A DNA stretch of 37,171 nucleotides from Octopus bimaculoides (taxonomy: Eukaryota), in the NCBI RefSeq assembly GCF_001194135.2, contig NC_068981.1, positions 188,532,687 through 188,569,857 of the forward strand, written 5' to 3'. A program made the translations under genes and the position numbers. This document shows, one piece after another, positions 33,831 through 37,171 of the stretch. The notes beneath the pieces were generated by a model, which saw nothing but the letters and a program-made list of their open reading frames with translations, searched no databases and had not been told where the DNA came from. Within the stretch, counting starts at the first letter, position 1, and every line of letters begins with the position of its first letter.

Positions 33831-34574
33831 AGGAGAGATTCTTAGCATCTCCTCAGTTCTTACATTTTACTAGCATTCTCAGTTACTTGATAAATCCTTG
33901 CTATATTTCTATATTATTCTGTATTATGGAAATTTTTCATTCAACTTGCACAGAAATATATCCCAGATGAAAATTTATAAACAATATATGTTACACAAAT
34001 GTTTACACTTTCTTCTTTATTGTTCCAATGAAAAAACAATTTTCTTGCCAAAATGTAAAACCGTTGCAAAGTTTGTTTATTTTATAAGTAATGGATGTAT
34101 GGGTAAGAAAGAAGAGTAGTCTGTTGCAAGAACAAAAGCAGAAGTCCAACAGAGGCTAGTTGGCAATAGAACGAATAAAGTGAAATTTGAGAATGAGTGA
34201 AATACAAGTCTGTTATGAGTACAGGTAGAGTTAAAATATTTTGTTGCTTTATACGAAAGGAAAAGCTTATTGGTAGTGATGATATCCATTATATGTTGGT
34301 AAGTTAGGAAACACTATGGAATAGAATTAGTTATCGGAGATATAATAACAATAACAAACCCTCGTAAAGAACAAGATTAGAAATGGTAAATTGATCTGGA
34401 GTCAGGTTAGTTGAAAAGCATGAAATATAAAAAGAACTACATAAAACAATGAAAGTTTTGTTAGAATACTATCATCTGTGCATACAAATATATGTCTTGG
34501 TGAAGTTTTCAGAAACATTAAGAAAGAATAAATCTCAGATAGGTTTTACGCAATATTATTGCAATTATTATTAA

Positions 34575-35385
34575 GGCGGTGAGTTGGCAGAAATGTTAGC
34601 ACACCAGGCGAAATGCTTAGTGTTATTTTGTCTGACTTTATGTTCTGAGTTCAAATTCAACCGAGGTTGACTTTACTTTTCATCCATTCAGGCTCGATAA
34701 ATTAAGTACCAGTTGCATACTGGAGTCGATCTTATCGACTGGCCCCACTCCCCAAAAATTTCGGACCTTGTTCCTAGAGTAGAAAAGAATTGTAGCACAC
34801 TGGATGCAATGCTCAGCCATAGTTCACCTGTCGCTACATTTTGAGTTCAAATTCCACTGAGGTCGACTTTATCTTTCATCCTTTCAGGGTCGATAAACTA
34901 AGTACCAGTTGAGTACTGGGGTCGATGTAATCGACTATCCCCCACCCCCAAATTTCAGGCCTTGTACTTATAGTAAAAAGGATTATTATAATTATTATCA
35001 TTAAAGCAGTGAGCAGACAGAATCGTTAGCACACAGGACAAAACGCTTAGTTGCATTTAGTCCTTCTTTGTGATCTGAGTTCAAATGCTGCTGAGGTCAA
35101 CTATGTCTTTCATCCTTTCAGGCTCAATGTAGTAAGTACCAGTCATGTATTGGGATAGATGAAATTAAGTGGTCCCTTTCTCTAAGATTGCCGGCCTTTT
35201 GCCTATAGAAGAAAGAATTATCATTATTACTTGAATAATATTTAGTTACACTTTTAAACATTCTGTGTTCAAACTCTGCTGAAGTGGACTTTGTTTTACT
35301 TCCTCTGACCTCATTAACATAAATACCAGAGTTGTGTTGGGGGTGGCTCTATTGACTATAACATCTACTACAAATTTGTAGCCTG
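34575..35385 (+). mobile_element. Array of three to four same-orientation family B SINEs
   Basis: Copies at ~34575-34791, ~34792-34985, ~35003-35222 and a degenerate one at ~35255-35385; each has a gagttcaaa B-box-like motif (gtgttcaaa in the last) and the first three have the tttcatcc.ttcagg core. Confidence 0.8.
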
Positions 35386-35780
35386 GAGCCAAAGTTAATG
35401 ATCATGTTGTTTGGGTAGAAGGAAACGGAAGAACACTTGTCATAAATATCAAACAGCATTTAACTTTGACCATCTTCATTCTGAATTCTATTGAAATTTT
35501 TCTCTGTCTGCTTTGTATTCAACTTGCCATGGTCAATAAGATACAATTCATGTGCCGAGAATGATTGAACCAATTACACATCTCACCTACAAATTTGTGG
35601 CTTTGCACCAAAACAAGAAATCGTTACAACAAAGCAGTTAAATTACTACAGTAAAAATGGTTACTGGAAATCTAGATATCAATTGCTAGTTTATTGGGAA
35701 AAAAAAATTAAATAAAAGGCCAAGTATGTCTTCTGTTTTCACAATAAATCTTTTTGCCTACATTGTGAAATAGCCTTTGA

Positions 35781-35822
<42 letters not shown>

Positions 35823-35824
<2 letters not shown>

Positions 35825-35969
35825 CATCATCATCATCATTTAACGTCCGCTTTCCATGCTAGCATGGTTTGGACGATTTGACTGGGGACTGGCAAAGCGG
35901 ATGGCTACACCAGACTCCAATCTGATTTGGCAGAGTTTCTACAACTGGATGCCCTTCCTAATGCCAACC
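35823..35969 (-). mobile_element. RTE-type 3' tail running into an assembly gap
   Basis: (CA)n, (CAT)n, ttaacgtccgctttccatgctagcatgg...ggatgcccttcctaatgccaacc, then Ns at 35970-36321. Confidence 0.85.
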
Positions 35970-36567
35970 NNNNNNNNNNNNNNNNNNNNNNNNNNNNNNN
36001 NNNNNNNNNNNNNNNNNNNNNNNNNNNNNNNNNNNNNNNNNNNNNNNNNNNNNNNNNNNNNNNNNNNNNNNNNNNNNNNNNNNNNNNNNNNNNNNNNNNN
36101 NNNNNNNNNNNNNNNNNNNNNNNNNNNNNNNNNNNNNNNNNNNNNNNNNNNNNNNNNNNNNNNNNNNNNNNNNNNNNNNNNNNNNNNNNNNNNNNNNNNN
36201 NNNNNNNNNNNNNNNNNNNNNNNNNNNNNNNNNNNNNNNNNNNNNNNNNNNNNNNNNNNNNNNNNNNNNNNNNNNNNNNNNNNNNNNNNNNNNNNNNNNN
36301 NNNNNNNNNNNNNNNNNNNNNATACTTCCATATTTTCATTCTTTTAAATTATAGTGAAGGTGATCTTGAGACACAAGTGTGTTGAGGTAACTAGCAAGCA
36401 TGGCATAGAAATACAAGTAACCATGTTGTTAAAACGTTTATTTTGCAACGATCTGAACCATGTGGTTGCAGGTTCAATTCTATTTTTTAGCACATTGAAC
36501 AAGTGTTTGCCACAACCTCAGATAAACTAATGCCTTGTGGGTGATATTTAGTAAATAGGTCTGCTTT

Positions 36568-36602
<35 letters not shown>

Positions 36603-36664
36603 AAAGAGTTATCTGAAAAGAATTTCTTATATGTTAGAAAAAGAACTTGTTTAAAACATCTTTT

Positions 36665-37171
<507 letters not shown>

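Noticed and set aside
33225-36385. ORFs of 89-165 aa at 33225-33722 and 35856-36385
   Set aside because: They span N gaps and SINE/RTE sequence.

Overview
This is an AT-rich, repeat-dense eukaryotic window with three assembly gaps (2725-3140, 33433-33584, 35970-36321). I found no protein-coding gene that I can support, and nearly all listed ORFs run through microsatellites, SINEs or Ns. The repeat landscape resembles a cephalopod (Octopus-like) intron or intergenic region; this is an inference from the repeat families. It contains three tRNA-headed SINE families (called A, B and C here), RTE-LINE 3' ends, two Tc1/mariner-type MITEs and many (TA)n/(CA)n/(AAT)n/(CAT)n tracts. The most notable signal is a set of three minimal type-I hammerhead ribozyme motifs, all on the minus strand. 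Two lie in copies of a ~190-210 bp Penelope-like non-autonomous repeat (29927-29961 with an intact core; 2514-2548 with a mutated core but a compensatory stem change). The third lies inside a tRNA-headed (Pol III promoter-like) element at 12402-12447. All have the short self-complementary stem III (GAAACGU) of dimer-acting Penelope/retrozyme hammerheads. Other oddities are a near-perfect 58-bp-arm foldback (31433-31553), a 37-bp templated insertion in a SINE copied exactly from 2.7 kb away, a hairpin of telomere-like hexamers (43-76) and a mariner deletion derivative nested in a SINE. Repeat boundaries are approximate, read by eye.
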